Under the pieces are notes generated by a model. The model had not been told where the DNA came from. It saw only the letters and a list, made by a program, of their open reading frames with translations, and made no database searches. A DNA stretch of 64,000 bases, taken from NCBI RefSeq assembly GCF_009914755.1, contig NC_060939.1; one strand, 5' to 3'. This DNA is from the human T2T-CHM13v2.0 reference genome, Homo sapiens. Shown here in pieces: positions 29,370-44,251 of this stretch (its first letter is position 1; each line of letters starts with the position of its first letter). A program made the translations under genes and the position numbers.

Positions 29370-29610
29370 ATAGTGTAGTTGTGAAGCCACATACTCTGGA
29401 GCTAGACCATTTGAGTCTGTATCTCAGCTCTGCTGCTTACTAGCTGTGTGATCTCGGGTATGTTATTTAACCTCTTTGTGCTTGGTTTCCTCATTTGTAA
29501 AATGAGGGAAATGGTACCTATTTCACAGGGCTGCCATGAGAATTAAAAGAGTTGAGCCCTTAGAATGGGGAGGATTACTTAGAATGTGCTACAGAATATT
29601 AGTTATTATT
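29370..29610 (+). mobile_element. MIR
   Basis: ctcagctctgctgcttactagctgtgtgatctcggg...tttcctcatttgtaaaatgagg. Confidence 0.8.
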
Positions 29611-29804
29611 ATACTTGAGCATAAGGAGTTTGAAGATATGAAAGACCTAGAGGCCAAAGAAGTTTTCTCTAGGAGCTTGTAATCTGGTGAACACGTATGA
29701 ACACACTGGAAGGACAATTCAAGTCTAGATAATAAGGTATAAAGTTGAATTACAGAAGAAGAGAAAGAAAAAAGTAATTGAAGCTGTCAGAAAAGGAAGA
29801 GATT

Positions 29805-30333
<529 letters not shown>

Positions 30334-31197
30334 CTAGATGCCAGGAACTAACAATTTGGAGCAGCTTGGTAATAATTGTTCTGGAAGGGAAGGATGATTA
30401 AAGAAGTATTTTTTAAAAGAATTGACAAAATCCCATGAATATAAAACCATATCAAAAAATGATCCCTCTCCCTAGGGTTTTGAGTATAGAATAGGCAAGT
30501 CATTTTAAAAGAACGGTGCTGAATGCAAACTTGGCAACACTAGGGAGAATATCTTTTTGTTTGGAAATTTGTTACTGCTTTTGTCAAACAGAAGCAGACT
30601 TGTTTGTGTGAAAACAGAGCAGGTTCACCTAAATGGAGCTGGAAACCAGAATCTCCTTAGAGACACTGAAACATAATAAACCTGAATGGCCCTACTTGGC
30701 AACACATAGACACTAAAACAGCATGAATAAATAACATAAAAAATAAAACACAAATAAAAGAACAAATGTAAAGGAAAGAATGAGAAACTGAGAGTGAGAG
30801 AGAGAAGCCAGTAAATTACATGTCTTAGAATCAATGACGCTGGAGAATAGGTGAGTAAAGACAAAAATAATGGGGAGTAAGAAACAAGAAAATACATAAA
30901 TAAGGTAGTGAACTACCTCTTTTGGAAAGAACTCTCACTATATAAGGTCGTTTCTAGAATGTAAACCAATTTTTGCCGATAAAAAAATGATGAAGATGAA
31001 GAGTCTTCGCAGGGAAGTAGGGGGGGATGCTGTGGAGTGAAGGATGAGAAGAGGCTCATATCATTTCCTTCCAGGTTATGTTTCATTTCTAGTTAATAAG
31101 ATACTTAGCATCTTGTGGTTTCACTTTGTCTTAAGAAACTGTGGCCACTTATCCCTACCTATTTAAAACAGCCAATAAAAAGTGAGACAACAAATCA

Positions 31198-31230
31198 TGC
31201 AGTGTACCTGACATACCAGTAGAGGGCAGT
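31198..31230 (+). promoter_or_regulatory. Candidate CTCF site with upstream motif
   Basis: Core CCAGTAGAGGGCAG 31216-31229; TGCAGT begins 18 nt upstream. Confidence 0.6.
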
Positions 31231-31674
31231 GGTTGCATTCACACCATCTGCTCACCAACAGCCTTTCATTCCAATTCATAGTCGATTTGGCAAGTGTAAG
31301 ATTTTAGACACTTTGCTATTTTTAAATCTCCATTTCAGCAAAGGCGAGTATGGTCAGGCTGAATAAAATTCGAGAATTTAAGCGTGGTCTCTCAGATAAA
31401 GTCTGGAATAGTGAAATACCTTGGGCTAGGAGTTAGGAGACCTGGCTTCTGTCTGAGCTCAGCAGATAATCTATAGTCTACCTCACTTTGTGACTGGGGC
31501 AAGTCATGTGCCCCAACCATGACTGCTTCAGCAATACAGCCAGCGCCTCGATACTTCAGATGGGAAGTCCTCGCTTCTGAGTTAGTCACAGATTTTCATA
31601 GTGGGAAGGAACTTTAGATAGCATCTGGTCCAAACTGTCCTTGTTTAACAAATAATAATGACATTAATAATTAT

Positions 31675-31905
31675 GATAGCAGTTAACACATATAGCATTC
31701 ACTATATGCCAGTCCCACATAATTTGTGTCTATCCTGAATATGTATGTTTTCTCACTTAATCCTTATAACAACCCCAAGAGAAAGGTACTAGTATTATCT
31801 CCATTTTACAGAGGAGGAAACTGAACCACAGTGAAGTGACTTCTTCAAGGTGTCACAGCTGGCAAGTAGCAGAGCTATGATTCAGACACAGACCTTTATA
31901 TTCTA
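31675..31905 (-). mobile_element. MIR
   Basis: tattatctccattttacagaggaggaaactga...cacagctggcaagtagcagagc. Confidence 0.8.
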
Positions 31906-33811
31906 GGAGTAGAGAAACTACAGCTCGCAGATGTTACGTGGTGTATACTGGGTTGTATAACTTATATTAATGCCAGGACCACAACCCATATAAGCGGATT
32001 TCTTGTCTCATGCTTTGCCCAGTATATCAGCTGTTTCTCCTGCGCAAAGCTTTAGATATCAATTATAGTAACAAACCTAATTTGCACTTAAAACCTAGGT
32101 CGTTTATCTGGAATGTCTAATTCAGGTACTAATTGTACACCAAGGGCAAAATTTCCTAGCCAAGGATGAAGTCATATTTTTCACTAAAAGTAATAGGTTG
32201 TGCATACTACACTTGAAAGAGAGAATTGGACTTAGGATGTGTTGGTTTATAATTTATTTTCCTATTATACAATTGGTTTCACTTGTTTAAAATCTGATGA
32301 CAAAGTTTAGCCTAAAATGAAGTCAAGAGTCTTAGTTAAAGAGATAGCAGGCTTTAAGCCCCAAAAGAAATACCAGGGAAATTTAAGTAGCTTTGGAGAA
32401 GCAGCAACAAGACTTGGGCCACTTTCATGATACTCTTAGCTCCCTGAAACACTTTGCATGTATAAATGGGATAAGAGAATTAGAGCCCAATTATATACTT
32501 TCCAGATAAATGCTAGTTTAGTTTTGGGTTTGGGAATTCTCCTAGTGATGATCTCATTTAATTTATCCTGGTAAATACCACAACACCTGTGAAAAATCCC
32601 TAATTTAAAAGCACATAGAGCAAGCATGAGGGGGCAGGGCTCCCAGACTGCACTGGAAAGTGAGACCATGGAAGAGGAAGCTGACTTGTCCGGGAGCCTC
32701 AGGGAATCGGCTCAGCCATTTCTGGCCCCACTTCAGTATGAGTGCATTTTTTAGCCAAAGTGCCATGTTCAAGGGCACGCTTTGCCTAAGGCCTATGGAT
32801 TTATTTCAGGATTGAATATTTGACAAGCAAACAGGACAGAGTCACTAGTATTTATGGTAAGGTGGAGGCAAACCTAAAGTGAGTCAGGTCATTTTTCATG
32901 GTATCATGTCAGCTTTCAATCAAATCCTTATTCATATCTGAAAATTGTACTTTCATTACAGTTCTGCTTAAGGCTCAGCCAACCAAGATTTCATGACAAA
33001 AATGGAAGGTTTTTGTTCTAGTTCAAGAAAAAAAAAAAAAAAATCAAACCTACCTCTGCTCAGCTTGGCTTCTAGTTCAGAGGTTTCTCTGTTAATCAAA
33101 AGAGCTGCAATACACCTTTTAATGCTGTTCAGTGGTTAAAGACCAGGCTTAAAATGTCCCTGCTCTTGAGGATTTAAATTTAGACCCATAAAGAGATGCT
33201 TGTGTAAAAACCGTAAAGAACATTCAATTTGTTCTATTTGGAGAAAGATTTTACTGGAAATATAAATTTTCACTTAAAAGATGTTTTATGGGGTGCAGAG
33301 GTAGAGAAACCGTCTAAAGAACACAGCCATTATTTCTGTGAACTGAGGATTTCTGTGCTCAAGTCTGAACCTGCTGTTTCTTTTCCGTCTGAAGTCTTCA
33401 TTCTCTCCTCGTATTAACTTAGTCATCTCCACAGCAACTAATTGACATATCCCAAAGGATTATAACCTTGTGTGAGGAACCACCAGGAGGAGCAGATCAA
33501 ATTTAAAAACTACAAAGGTTCTTATCAAAGTTTTTCTAATAATAGTGCTGTACTTAAAAATCGATTAAATATAGCAGCGGATGTTAACACAACTTCCTCG
33601 AAATGGAAAGTTGCCCATTGTCTGTGTTATCAACATTTCTAGGTCACATCTCCCAAGAAGCAGTAATGTTCCAGCAATAAGAAAAGGACAGTTTTTTGTC
33701 TTTTGCATGGTGAGCCTTATATGAATTACATCAATTTTGTCACCAATATCCATCATCAGAACATTTTGGTAAGTAAAGAAGCTGATTTCTGTTGAACATT
33801 TATACTATATA

Positions 33812-34110
33812 TCAGAGTTGCAAAAATGAGATGCCTACAGGGGCTGTGCATATGATATAAATGGCGGGAGTCAGGTGGGCCCATTGAAAGGTGTAATCCC
33901 CTGGCTGTTGCCAGTTGGCTGTTGACATTCACAAATGTTGGCTCAGTGTAAATAGATCATTTTTTCCCCTCCCACAAGAAGCTAAAAAAGCTGAACTTTT
34001 GGGTATAATTATCCAAATTTAAATATTAGCAACTGATTCAAAAATTTTAAAACTCTGCCCTGGGCAAAAAAATATGTCTGTGGGCCAAGTTCAGTTTGTG
34101 GACTGCCATT
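33812..34110. mobile_element. hAT-Charlie MITE (MER102-like)
   Basis: Ends cagagttgcaaaaatgagatgcctacagggg and tctgtgggccaagttcagtttgtggactgcca; called by eye. Confidence 0.5.
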
Positions 34111-34460
34111 TTTTTTTTTGTCACCTTAGGTATAAAGCAATCCTTGGAATATAACTAAAGTAAACCACTAATGAAGTTAATGTAGCCATTTCCTGAACTT
34201 ACAGTTTTCTGCAGAATTCAAAGACTGCTTCCGTTGGTTTTGCCCCATTTCTAATGCTGAGAGGTCAATGCATGTATTGGATAAACCATGGGAAACAGCA
34301 GAGGGTCAAAAGCAAGGGGGCAGGGCAGAAAATTAAGTGGCCCAAATGGTAAAGGTGAATTGCATCATTTAGCAGAACTCATTAGAGGAAAGTCAGACAT
34401 ACCCCTTTTACTTCAAAGGGCATGAATAGAGCATCCCAGGAGAAGCATGCATGCCATTAC

Positions 34461-34856
34461 CTAATTCTGCCATGGACACAGTTGGGGAAGTCTCGCCGTT
34501 GGTGAACGAACAGTAGGGAAAGAAGCCTGATGCTGGTGTGTAGTCACATATTGGTTCTGGTTTGATTCCATTGATATCAAGACCTGACTGGTCTGGGGAA
34601 GGCTGTATGTCCAGGTAGAAGCTGCTGACGGCGGAGTCTGCCTTACTCCCCTCAGGGGTGTGCCCGTCAATGTAGTTACTGAGGTCGTCGTGAAGTTCCG
34701 TCAGCCCGTTGGCCGAGATGTTGTAGGTGGGCGTCAGCGGCTCAGCCTCTCCAGGCTGCTGCTGGTGGTCGCGCTGCTGCTGCTGCATCCGGTGTTTCTG
34801 TACTTCTGCATACAAGCTGTCTCTCTGCTTTTTTGACATTCGGCCAAATTTTACAG
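34461..34856 (-). CDS. RORA: RORA exon 5: C-terminal extension and hinge
   Basis: cag|...|gtaat, 396 nt, core of ORF 34408..34947: [21 protein letters not shown]...SPTVSMAEL. Confidence 0.98.
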
Positions 34857-35505
34857 CTGGAAGAAAAAAGCCAAACCATACTACATACAATGCGCTTTTC
34901 TTCAATATTCTCTCCTGCGAGCTTTGGGGTTTCCTTTGAAGTCTCACACAATCTCAATCCAAAACTGCATGACCACAAAATAAGGACATATTCAGAGGTG
35001 AAAACAGTTCCAACCCACACAGACTCGCTCCAGCTCCCCAACAGCAAACACACATCCCAGAGAAACTCATGTTTCAGAAAGAGGCCTGGTGCAGGTAGGA
35101 GGGGCCCAGAGAGATGCCACTTCTGTTTCCCTGCTGTCACATCCCCCGTTTCCACTGCGCCCCACTGATAACTTAATGGGCTTGTTCACTCTCCCCCCGT
35201 GCAGCTGGCTTAGGCTACCTCTTTCTCTCCCACGTTCAGACCAAGGCACAGGGAAGCAAAGACTCACAGGGTTCATCAAGGAATAAGCAGTCAAACCTCA
35301 GCGTTCATTCAGTTCACCGTCTTGTACGCTCCGACAGTTCTCCCTGATCAAATGGCCACTTCTGCAGCTTCATTGTGAGGTCTGAATGAACTGGATGAGG
35401 CCTCTGTAATTCTTTGAATTACATCAGAGTACCTGACCTAAGAAGCCCCCTCCTCCAGTCATGGGTCATGGGTCATGGCAGCCCCTGTGGAACCCTGAGA
35501 CCCAT

Positions 35506-35822
35506 CTTTATTTTTATTTATTTAGTTAGTTATTTTGAGACAGAGTCTTGCTCTCTGTCACCCAGGCTGAAGTGCAGTGATGTGAACATGGCTCACTGCA
35601 GCCTCAACCTCCTAAGGTTTGAGCGATCCTCCCGCCTTGGCCTCCTACGTAGCTGGGACCACGTGTGTACACCACCACACCCAGCTAATTTTTTCACTTT
35701 ATGTAGAGATGGAGTTTCGCTATGTTGCCCTGGCTTGAGGTCTGGAACTCCAGGGCTCAAGCAATCCTCCAGCCTCATCCTCCCAAAGTGCTGGGATTAC
35801 AAGTGTGAGCTACCACTCCCAG
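35506..35822 (-). mobile_element. Alu (AluJ-like)
   Basis: Diverged reverse Alu; TSD GACCCATCTTTA. Confidence 0.94.
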
Positions 35823-37809
35823 TAGGACCCATCTTTAAACACTTTCTGCTGTTCCCATTTAGCCTCAAGTAATCACAGCATCAGGATTTGGAAAGGACAA
35901 ATATGGTATTATAATATAAGATCCTTATAATGTATGATCCTTGTTGGGCAGATTTCTGTTTGTAATGCTTCTCTTTGGGATGTGTCCCCATATTTAAAGT
36001 GGAGCAGTCACTATAATGAATAACTTTCCAATTCATTCAGAATATCAAATGAATTCTTGTGAAACACCAAGATAACTGAAAACAAAAACACACAAACAAA
36101 AAACCCTATGATTTCCTGGTCTGAATTCTTCCATGAACTCACTTATTTTTCAGCTAGACTCAGTCTTTGCTGGAGGGACTTAGTTCTCCTAATTGATTGT
36201 GGTTAAATTTATAGCTGATGGGGTGGATGCATTCACCCATTTGACTATGATCGTAGTTATAAGAGTCTAGGGCAGGAGGCAGGATAGATGGACACGAAGT
36301 TGGGAACCAAGGCCCTCACAGTGGCCAGGTGGTGAATTCTTTTCTTGCCAAAGAGGACGCGCTGTCCTTGTTCACAGAGGAAACAGGTGAGCTGGAATAC
36401 TGGTCACTTTCCAGTTTCCACAACTCAGATAAGAAACTTGGGTGGGGCTGCTCAGGCAGCAACCAGGCTGATGTGGGATCTGAATTTCAGAACCATAATT
36501 TCTTAACCTCCAGAATTCTTTCTATGCCTACAACAACTTGTGCTATTTCTTATATGCAAAATTTTCAGAAGGCATACTGAAGGTGCTTAATTTTTTTGAA
36601 AAAAATTTTCTAGGACACTCAAGGGGCCTAATACCCACAGGTGAAACTTTCTGCTGTGACTCCGCAATTATGATTTAACTTTTGTATTAATATTAACGAC
36701 AGTAATTATATCCTGTAAGTGAAATAAAGGGACCAGCTCTTGAGAAAATGCACACACAACTTGTGATTTAAACTTACAAATTGATGAGATATACCTAACT
36801 TTGTCAGTTTAGTACCATCGGAAGATGAAATCTGCAGAGTTGCATGTCACAGGAATTTCTGAGAATATGGTGGAAGTTCTGTGATTTGTATCTTCCAATG
36901 TCAAAAGCTTCACTTTTGTAGTGGTGCACAGAGTGCCTCTTAGAATACGCAGGAACAAAAGTGAACTCGTGCCTATGTAGATCTACAGGCGCTAAGAACA
37001 TCAGATTATGGGGAAGGCAGACTGTTGGAAAGCCTGCTCCGCATTCTGAAGTATTTTTCCACAGGCTGAAATTCCACTGGAGGAGACATTTTCCTTCAAA
37101 GGGATCTCTTAAGAGAGCCAGCTGGTATATTTGGAAAAATCCTTAAAATGGACCCGCTGTGCTTTCTGCCCAGTTTCCACGTATAAGCATAACTGTCTTG
37201 AAATCTGGTGTTGATTATTCGGTGCACTTAAGATAGTTTTCCAGGAAGATCTTGAAATGTTTTGTACTTGAATGGTAGACGGTCTCTATTCCTTAAAGTA
37301 GCTTCATTTAATGAAAAGAACACTTGTCATTGAGCCATGCTTTGCACTATTTTCACACATTCTGTATGTACAAATATTTGGCTTTGGCATGTGATTCAAA
37401 ATATCCAGTTAGCATAAAAGCGGCTTCATCCCAACCTCCAATAGACTTACTAGTGTAAAGCAAGTAACAGTTGTGGTTCACATTTCCTGCAGGGGAAAAT
37501 GCCTAGAGGAGACATCTTTATTAAGGCCTTCAGATGACACTTACCGTCAGTCAATCGACCCACCTATAATGGCTGAAATATCAAAAATCTGAAGGTGTTC
37601 TGAGCACAAGACACTTCTCCTCCACACCACCCCCACCCATCAGCCAGCCAGCTGACTCTGAGGATGAGGAGGAGGAGGAAGCAGCTGCTGTGAGTTCCAT
37701 GTAGCTGCCAGAGGAGCATGGGGGGCGGGGCGTAAGGTGGAATAATGAGGAGGGGGCAGGCGGGGCAGATATTGGCAGATCTGAGTCCAGGTTTCAGAAG
37801 GCACTTTCA

Positions 37810-38022
<213 letters not shown>

Positions 38023-38994
38023 TTAGTGTCAGAATGAGTGGTATGATACTAAAGGCAGGATGCTAAGCACTGAGTGGCATTAATATTTAATGGAGAATTA
38101 AACTTGTAGCAGAATCATCCAGGAGACCATTAATGAAATTAAAGTCACTTCTTTTTCCTTGAGTAAAATTGATCCCCAGAGCCTAATCCTCCATCCCTTA
38201 TACCTGCAAAACTTTCTTTAACTTCAACAGACAGTTGCCCATGTAAAAAGGCACAGGACCAGGTCCTTGTTCTTGGCTTCTGATGATCAAAAGCAATGTG
38301 CCTGATGGAATGATACAAAAGGACTTACCTTTAGCCTTTATCTCTAAGAGATTGTTTGTAAAATAAATACAAAACACTTCCCTGGAATATCCAAGTTAAG
38401 GAAAATGCAGCCACACCACAACCTAGGGCACTGTGAACCTGGTGAACCATGGTAATCTTCACTAGCCCACTTCAACACACGGCCCTTTAGGCGTTTCTCA
38501 CTCCCCAAGTCTGAATCTGCTATCGCAAGCATTAGATAACACTTGGAGGGATTATTTTGGCAGATCAGATTGGGAATATTCCCTCATCCCTGGCAGTTTA
38601 GAAATACCACATGTTCAGAACCATGGCCTTTAAAGATGGAACAAATCCAGTCCAATGCTCAAGTTCCTCTCGTGTCAAGTGCTGTTTGGGAAATGAGAGG
38701 GGATACAAAGATGTATAAGGAGCTACTGACCTCAATAACTTTATTTTTGTTTGTTTTTGCTAACTTCCTGAGCTGTATTCTTAGCTGATTTTCACTGTTT
38801 ATTCTTAGAGTGTCAAGTTTTCCTTTTAGTGATGTTTTAACAGCAACCCAAAAGCTTTACTACGTAGTATTTTCATTCTCATTCAGTGAAAAACATGTTC
38901 TAACTTTCAATAGATTTCTTCTTCAATCCAGATGTGATTTAGAGGCATATTTCTTAATTTCCAAACACATGGGGGCTTTTTTTCGGGGGAGGGG

Positions 38995-39652
38995 GCAGGG
39001 TCTTGCTCTGTCACCCAGGCCAGACTCCTCGGCTCAAGCCATCCTCCTGCCTCAGCCTCCTGAGTAGCTGGGACTGTAGGTGCACACCACCATGCCTGGC
39101 TAATTATACATACATACATACATATATATATTTATATATATTTTATTTATATATATATTTATATATATATTTATATATATTTATATATTTATATATATTT
39201 ATATATTTATATATATTTATATATATTTATATATTTATATATATTTATATATTTATATATATTTATATATATTTATATATTTATATATATTTATATATAT
39301 TTATATATTTATATATATTTATATATATTTATTTATATATTTATATATATTTATTTATATATATTTATATATATTTATATATTATATTATATATATTATA
39401 TTAAATATATTTATATATATTTAAATATATATATTTATATATATATTTATATATATATTTATATATATATATTTATATATATATTTATATATATATATTT
39501 ATATATATATATTTATATATATATATTTATATATTTTTTTTGGTCGAGATGGGGGTCTCGCTGTGTTGTCCAGGCCTGTCTTGAACTCCTGGCCTTAAGT
39601 GATTCTCCCACCTTGGAGTCCCAAAGTGTTGGGATTACAGGCATGATCCACC
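38995..39652 (-). mobile_element. Alu split by an expanded AT microsatellite
   Basis: Right-arm part ~38995-39103 and left arm ~39544-39652. Confidence 0.88.
39104..39541. repeat. AT-rich (TA/TATT)n low-complexity repeat
   Basis: No G or C from 39122 to 39541. Confidence 0.98.
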
Positions 39653-39859
39653 TTTTTATCTTTTTATTGCTCATTTATCTTTCAGTGGCTTTGCAAGCTA
39701 GGGATGTATGCAGAAAAAAAATAAGGTAAGTAGAGTCATTTCCATGAAGCAAAGCCATGAAGGGTACAAAAGAGAATTATTACCTTCAAAGCTTTAGTTG
39801 TGAAGATAGATGACCCCAATGAGGGCGACACTAGTGGGGAGAGGTAAAATCCTAAAGAA

Positions 39860-40330
39860 TTAACAGAGTGGTAGGCAAACTGATAAGGGTGCTCTCCCAC
39901 TGAACGATTTTTCTGGAGGTCAATTTGGCAGTTGTATCAAAAATTTTTAAAAAGCCTACCCACTGAGCTAGGCTTTTAAGGAATACACGTTAAAGAAATA
40001 TTTAGAATGCTACAAAGATTTTCCTACAAGGGTGTTCTTCACAGTACTATCTATAATATAGAGAATGTAGAAAGATCCTAACTGTCCAACATTACTGAAT
40101 TAAAAGAGTCATATTGTATACTCATACAATGGGATTCAACCACTACAAATGGTATTTCAGAAATATAATTATTGATATAAAAGGTGATAAAAATATACCA
40201 TTGAATGTTTAAAAAAGGAACTAAAGAGCTAAACATAGTATAATCCAAGTTTTGTGGAAAAAAAGGACACCCATATATTTACTATAAAAGAAGATTTGGA
40301 AAATTATGCCCCAAATTGTTGGCAGTAGTT
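39860..40330 (+). mobile_element. Old L1 3' fragment (L1ME-like)
   Basis: ttctggaggtcaatttggcagttgtatcaaaa...tacaagggtgttcttcacagtactat. Confidence 0.6.
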
Positions 40331-41289
40331 GGTGGGGCCAATCAGATTTTATTTTTCTTTTTGTTCATCTGTGCTTTTTTTTTTTTTCCCCCCTACAATA
40401 GGCAGATGGGAAGTTATGGTGGGCAGCTTGAGAAGAAGTGCACCTGCCTTCCTTTGTAATGGCTGGGGGCCTTTGTCAACCAAGTTGATGTATATGACCT
40501 CAGTTTCCAGTTCTTTGGAAAATCCAACCTGGGATGGGACAGGGCAGGACCCTGACTTCTCACTCCTCTTGCTTTCAGCCAAGGTGCTTGCTAACCTTGA
40601 CATGGGCAAGGCTGGGGGCCTCATGTCTCAGACTGTCTCTCTGTTGTACTTTAACTCTACCCTTGATCAAGTCCCGCCTCTTCTGTAAAGCAATCTCTCT
40701 CTTCTGAAAAATATCTAAAGCTATGTTTTTTATTTTATTTTATTTTATTGTTTGTGTGTGTCTGTTTCCCCTGTGAAAAGGAAGTAAGAAGAAGTAAGGC
40801 TTTCTTTGGGGGCTTACTAGAGAGAATTCAAGAAAATATAAATGGTCACAGAGGCAGATAATCCTTAGAAAGAGATACCAAGAGGTCAGCTGTCTAGGTA
40901 TTCATTTTCCCCTGAGACACATAATCTCTGTCCAAGCTGAAAGGTGTTTATCTCTTTCTTGAGACTCTCCCACCGTTCATACCCTTGTGTAAAGGCATCA
41001 CTGTGGATGCTTAAAATCAGGAATGTATTTGTTTTTGCTTTAGCTGAAGTTGAGTTTTGTTTGCTTCACATTAAGCCTGCTACAGTTTCTTGTGTGATCA
41101 CCGAATATGAGGAATGTCTGAATGATCTCTTCTTTTTTTCTTTAAGTGGAGCTAGTACTTGAGGGCTGCCATGCTATTTCCTAGATATCTCTTCTGACGA
41201 CCAAATCCCAGCATCTGTCACCTTTCTTTCTAGGCTCTTTTCCACCTTGCATATTTCTTCTCAGAATCCTTTCCAATTTCTTCACTACT

Positions 41290-41427
41290 TCTTTTTTTCT
41301 TTTTTAAAACTGAGGCAGGGTTTCGCTATGTTGCCCAGGCTGGTCTCGAACTCCTGGGCTCAAGCGGTCCTCCCACCTCGGTCCCCCAAGTAGCTGGGAT
41401 TCCAAGTGCGAGCCCATGTATCTGGCA
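41290..41427 (-). mobile_element. Alu monomer (FLAM-like)
   Basis: gggtttcgctatgttgcccaggctggtctcgaactcctgggctcaagc. Confidence 0.9.
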
Positions 41428-41667
41428 TTATTTCTTCATTTCTTTCAAAAGTCTGAAGTCCCTAACTAGACATAGCTCTTGAATAATGGTTGGGTCATTA
41501 ATGAAAAGGATGCCACTTTTTAGTTTGCATACATACATTAAGTTAACTTCCACCCACCATTAATAAAGTCCAAGACTGTTAACATAGAAGCATATATTAA
41601 TCATCAGTTAGCTCTGCTTTAAGGGCATGAGGATGATGATGACAGATTATCAGTCTTACTGAGTACT

Positions 41668-42522
41668 TGTAGTAACCATATCTTTTTATTCTGTATTTTG
41701 GATGCAGACATCTTCGGGCTTTGCAGACACTGGAGGGACTGCCCTTGCAGGGCTGGATAACTCCTACATACAGCAAACAACCTGCTGTCAGCCACCTCTC
41801 ACACAAAACCAAGTGGGCTAGAGCCCACACCCAGCACACCTTCTTCATCAGGCCCTTACGCTTCTCGCCATGATTCCCCTGCCCTGGTCACCCTAGGGCT
41901 AGGTACAAGACAATTAGGGACAGCCCCTACCTCCTAGCGCCGTCTGTAATGATTCAGACTAGCTACTTATCCTAATCCTGCTCATCCTGCTGCACCTTCC
42001 TTCCTGTGGAAAACACCATGGAGGCTCTTGGCAGTGTTTCCCCACATCCCTCTCCCCTTCACTGACCCTGGCGCTTCCCCATGTGTCCCCTGTATGGTGT
42101 GGCATGGGCCCTGTCTCTAGGGATTTGTGAGTCCAGCACTCCCTCCTTAATCGTCGTTTTGCTTTCCTCGTTTCAGTTACTTGCGTCAACTGCAGTAAAA
42201 GAATATTAAGATATTTTGAGAGAGAGAAGGGAAGCAAAGAGAGACCACATTCACATAACTTTTATTACAGTATATTTTAATAATTGTTCTGTATTATTAT
42301 TATTGTTGTTAATCTCTCATTGTGCCTAATTTATAAGTTCAACTTTATCACAGGTCTGGATGTATGGGAGAAAACGGTATCTAAAAGGTTCGCAGTTTCA
42401 GGCATCCCCATGAGGCTAAGGGGGGACTACTGTGTAACAAACTTCTTCCTTCATGACAGTCATTTCCAGATCTGTGTGTCTTATGGTACCTGATTAAAAC
42501 AAATCCCAAATACCATTAAAAC
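41668..42522 (+). mobile_element. ERVL-class solo LTR (MER54/MER74-like), interrupted by MER44A
   Basis: Start tgtagtaaccat; motifs cccctgccctggtcacc...ggtacaagacaattagggacagcccc; LTR resumes after 42432. Confidence 0.6.
42134..42432 (+). mobile_element. MER44A (Tigger7 MITE)
   Basis: gagaccacattcacataacttttattacagtatat and terminal repeat taaggggggactactg. Confidence 0.85.
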
Positions 42523-43091
42523 AGCACTGACTTCATACTAGGCACTCTATGCTTTATGTGGATTGTGTCATTCACTTGTGACAAGGGCAATATTGGGCAA
42601 ATCCTATCATTCCCCTGGTTTTAAGGCTGAAAAAACAGAGGCTTAGAGAGGTGTAGTGACTTGCTCAGAGTCCTCGCTGTAGCATGGGGTAAAGCCAGGA
42701 TATGACTTCACATAGTTTAACTCCAGAACTTACACTGTCATCTTGTTTTGTTTTTCTGCTTCTCTTGTGTGTCAAAAGAATTCCTCCTTAGTTGTTCTCA
42801 TATGGGGCAACCATTAAATTAGGCAGTGTAAAAAACAAGTTATGCAGAATAAAGTAGCAAGAGCAATCTACTCTGAAATTAGTGTTTTCCCTCACTTTAG
42901 CACCTTTAGCTGACCCAGCTTCCTACCGCCCAGACATTTTACAAAAATCTCTCTCTGGAGTTGCCTCCTGATCTGGATTAGGAGTCACATAAGAAAATCA
43001 GTCTCATGAGTCCATCATTTTTCCTCATTTCTGACCAGAAGTATTCTGCCCCATTTGCTTCACCTTATTTCTAAATCACTCTAGCTCATTT

Positions 43092-43121
43092 AAACAAACA
43101 AACAAACAAACAAACAAACAA
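43092..43121. repeat. (AAAC)n microsatellite
   Basis: Directly visible. Confidence 0.9.
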
Positions 43122-44218
43122 TGAAACTTACTGCAAGGGCACAGAATAACTATCATTAAAGATGTCTGTGTAATTATGCCATAAGTTGCAAGGCAAACTC
43201 ATGAAGCATTCCGTATGTTCTTTGAGCAGTGGCACTGTGGCTCGAACCAATGTCCAGCTTCCACACTATCTGCTTGGAAGAGGATTACCCTTATTTGGAA
43301 GTCTCAGTTTTGAGGATTTGGGGAAAGCAGGCACGCAAGCAGACACACCTTATTCTCTACAGCATCATTTATACCTCAACTAAGTCAGCTGAACAAATGC
43401 CTGCTGAAAAGTTCTGGGAGTGGCATAGCTAAGAACCAGAAAGGCGATCTTTCTTTTGGATTAAGTCAACAGAGTCATACCCACAAGGAGAACTATCAAA
43501 TATCAGATGCGAGAGGTGAAGTGGGGTTATAAGGTGAGAGCTGAGAAGGGAGAAACAGGGTGAGTAAACCTCCATGACTCAGACGAATACTGAACTTTGC
43601 ATTTCAGGAAGAATGAGGGTTTGGGTTGCTTCTTTTTCTTTTTAAAAACCTCTTCTTTTCAGTATTCCTTGGGGGGCGGGGTTCTCAGAGGATTAAGGGT
43701 TTGGAAAATTAAACAGATAAGATACTAAGAGTTAAATAACACATAAGAGGAAGAAGGATTAGAAAGAGGAAGAAGAAAAGTAGAAAGTGTGGTAGGTACC
43801 TTCCTACCTCAAGGTAGAAGTAGTGTGTTTCTAAGTACAGAGATAGATTTTGTCTGATTGGGGAGAAATCCTGCAAAAGGATTAGGAAGTGAGTGAGCTG
43901 AGAGATGAATTCCAGGGATTGGAGGTCATACAGAGAGCAGGGGAAGCACAAAACTAGGGCATGGAGTTTTGGGTGGAACTGAGGAGGCGTAAAAAAAAAG
44001 TGCTGAAGTTGTGAGCTGGGAAAGGTATCAAGTACATAATTTGGCAATTTTGTTATTTCTAAAAGATAAGCTAACAAATTACTTGGCTGTCATAAAAGTT
44101 CACTTTTTATGGATGTTAAAATACATGGAGATGTTCATTTACAAACATGGTGAGCTTGAGCCAGAGAGCCACCATGATACATTTCAGGTAGTATACGTTT
44201 AGTGTGACTGTGGCGCAC

Positions 44219-44251
44219 TACCACCACCTAGTGGCAGCAGATTACCATGCA
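44219..44251 (-). promoter_or_regulatory. Candidate CTCF site
   Basis: Minus strand GCCACTAGGTGGTGG; TGCA begins 17 nt upstream of the CCAC. Confidence 0.5.

Noticed and set aside
34757-34786. CAG/polyQ run in the hinge ([10 protein letters not shown]) as an expansion locus
   Set aside because: Only 3-4 consecutive units and interrupted.
34408-34947. 179-aa ORF as a stand-alone gene or LBD-less RORA isoform
   Set aside because: It is exon 5 plus chance open flanks; clean AG/GT boundaries exist and I saw no close intronic AATAAA.
39003-39404. 133-aa Y/I/L/F-rich ORF
   Set aside because: Translation of the AT microsatellite.
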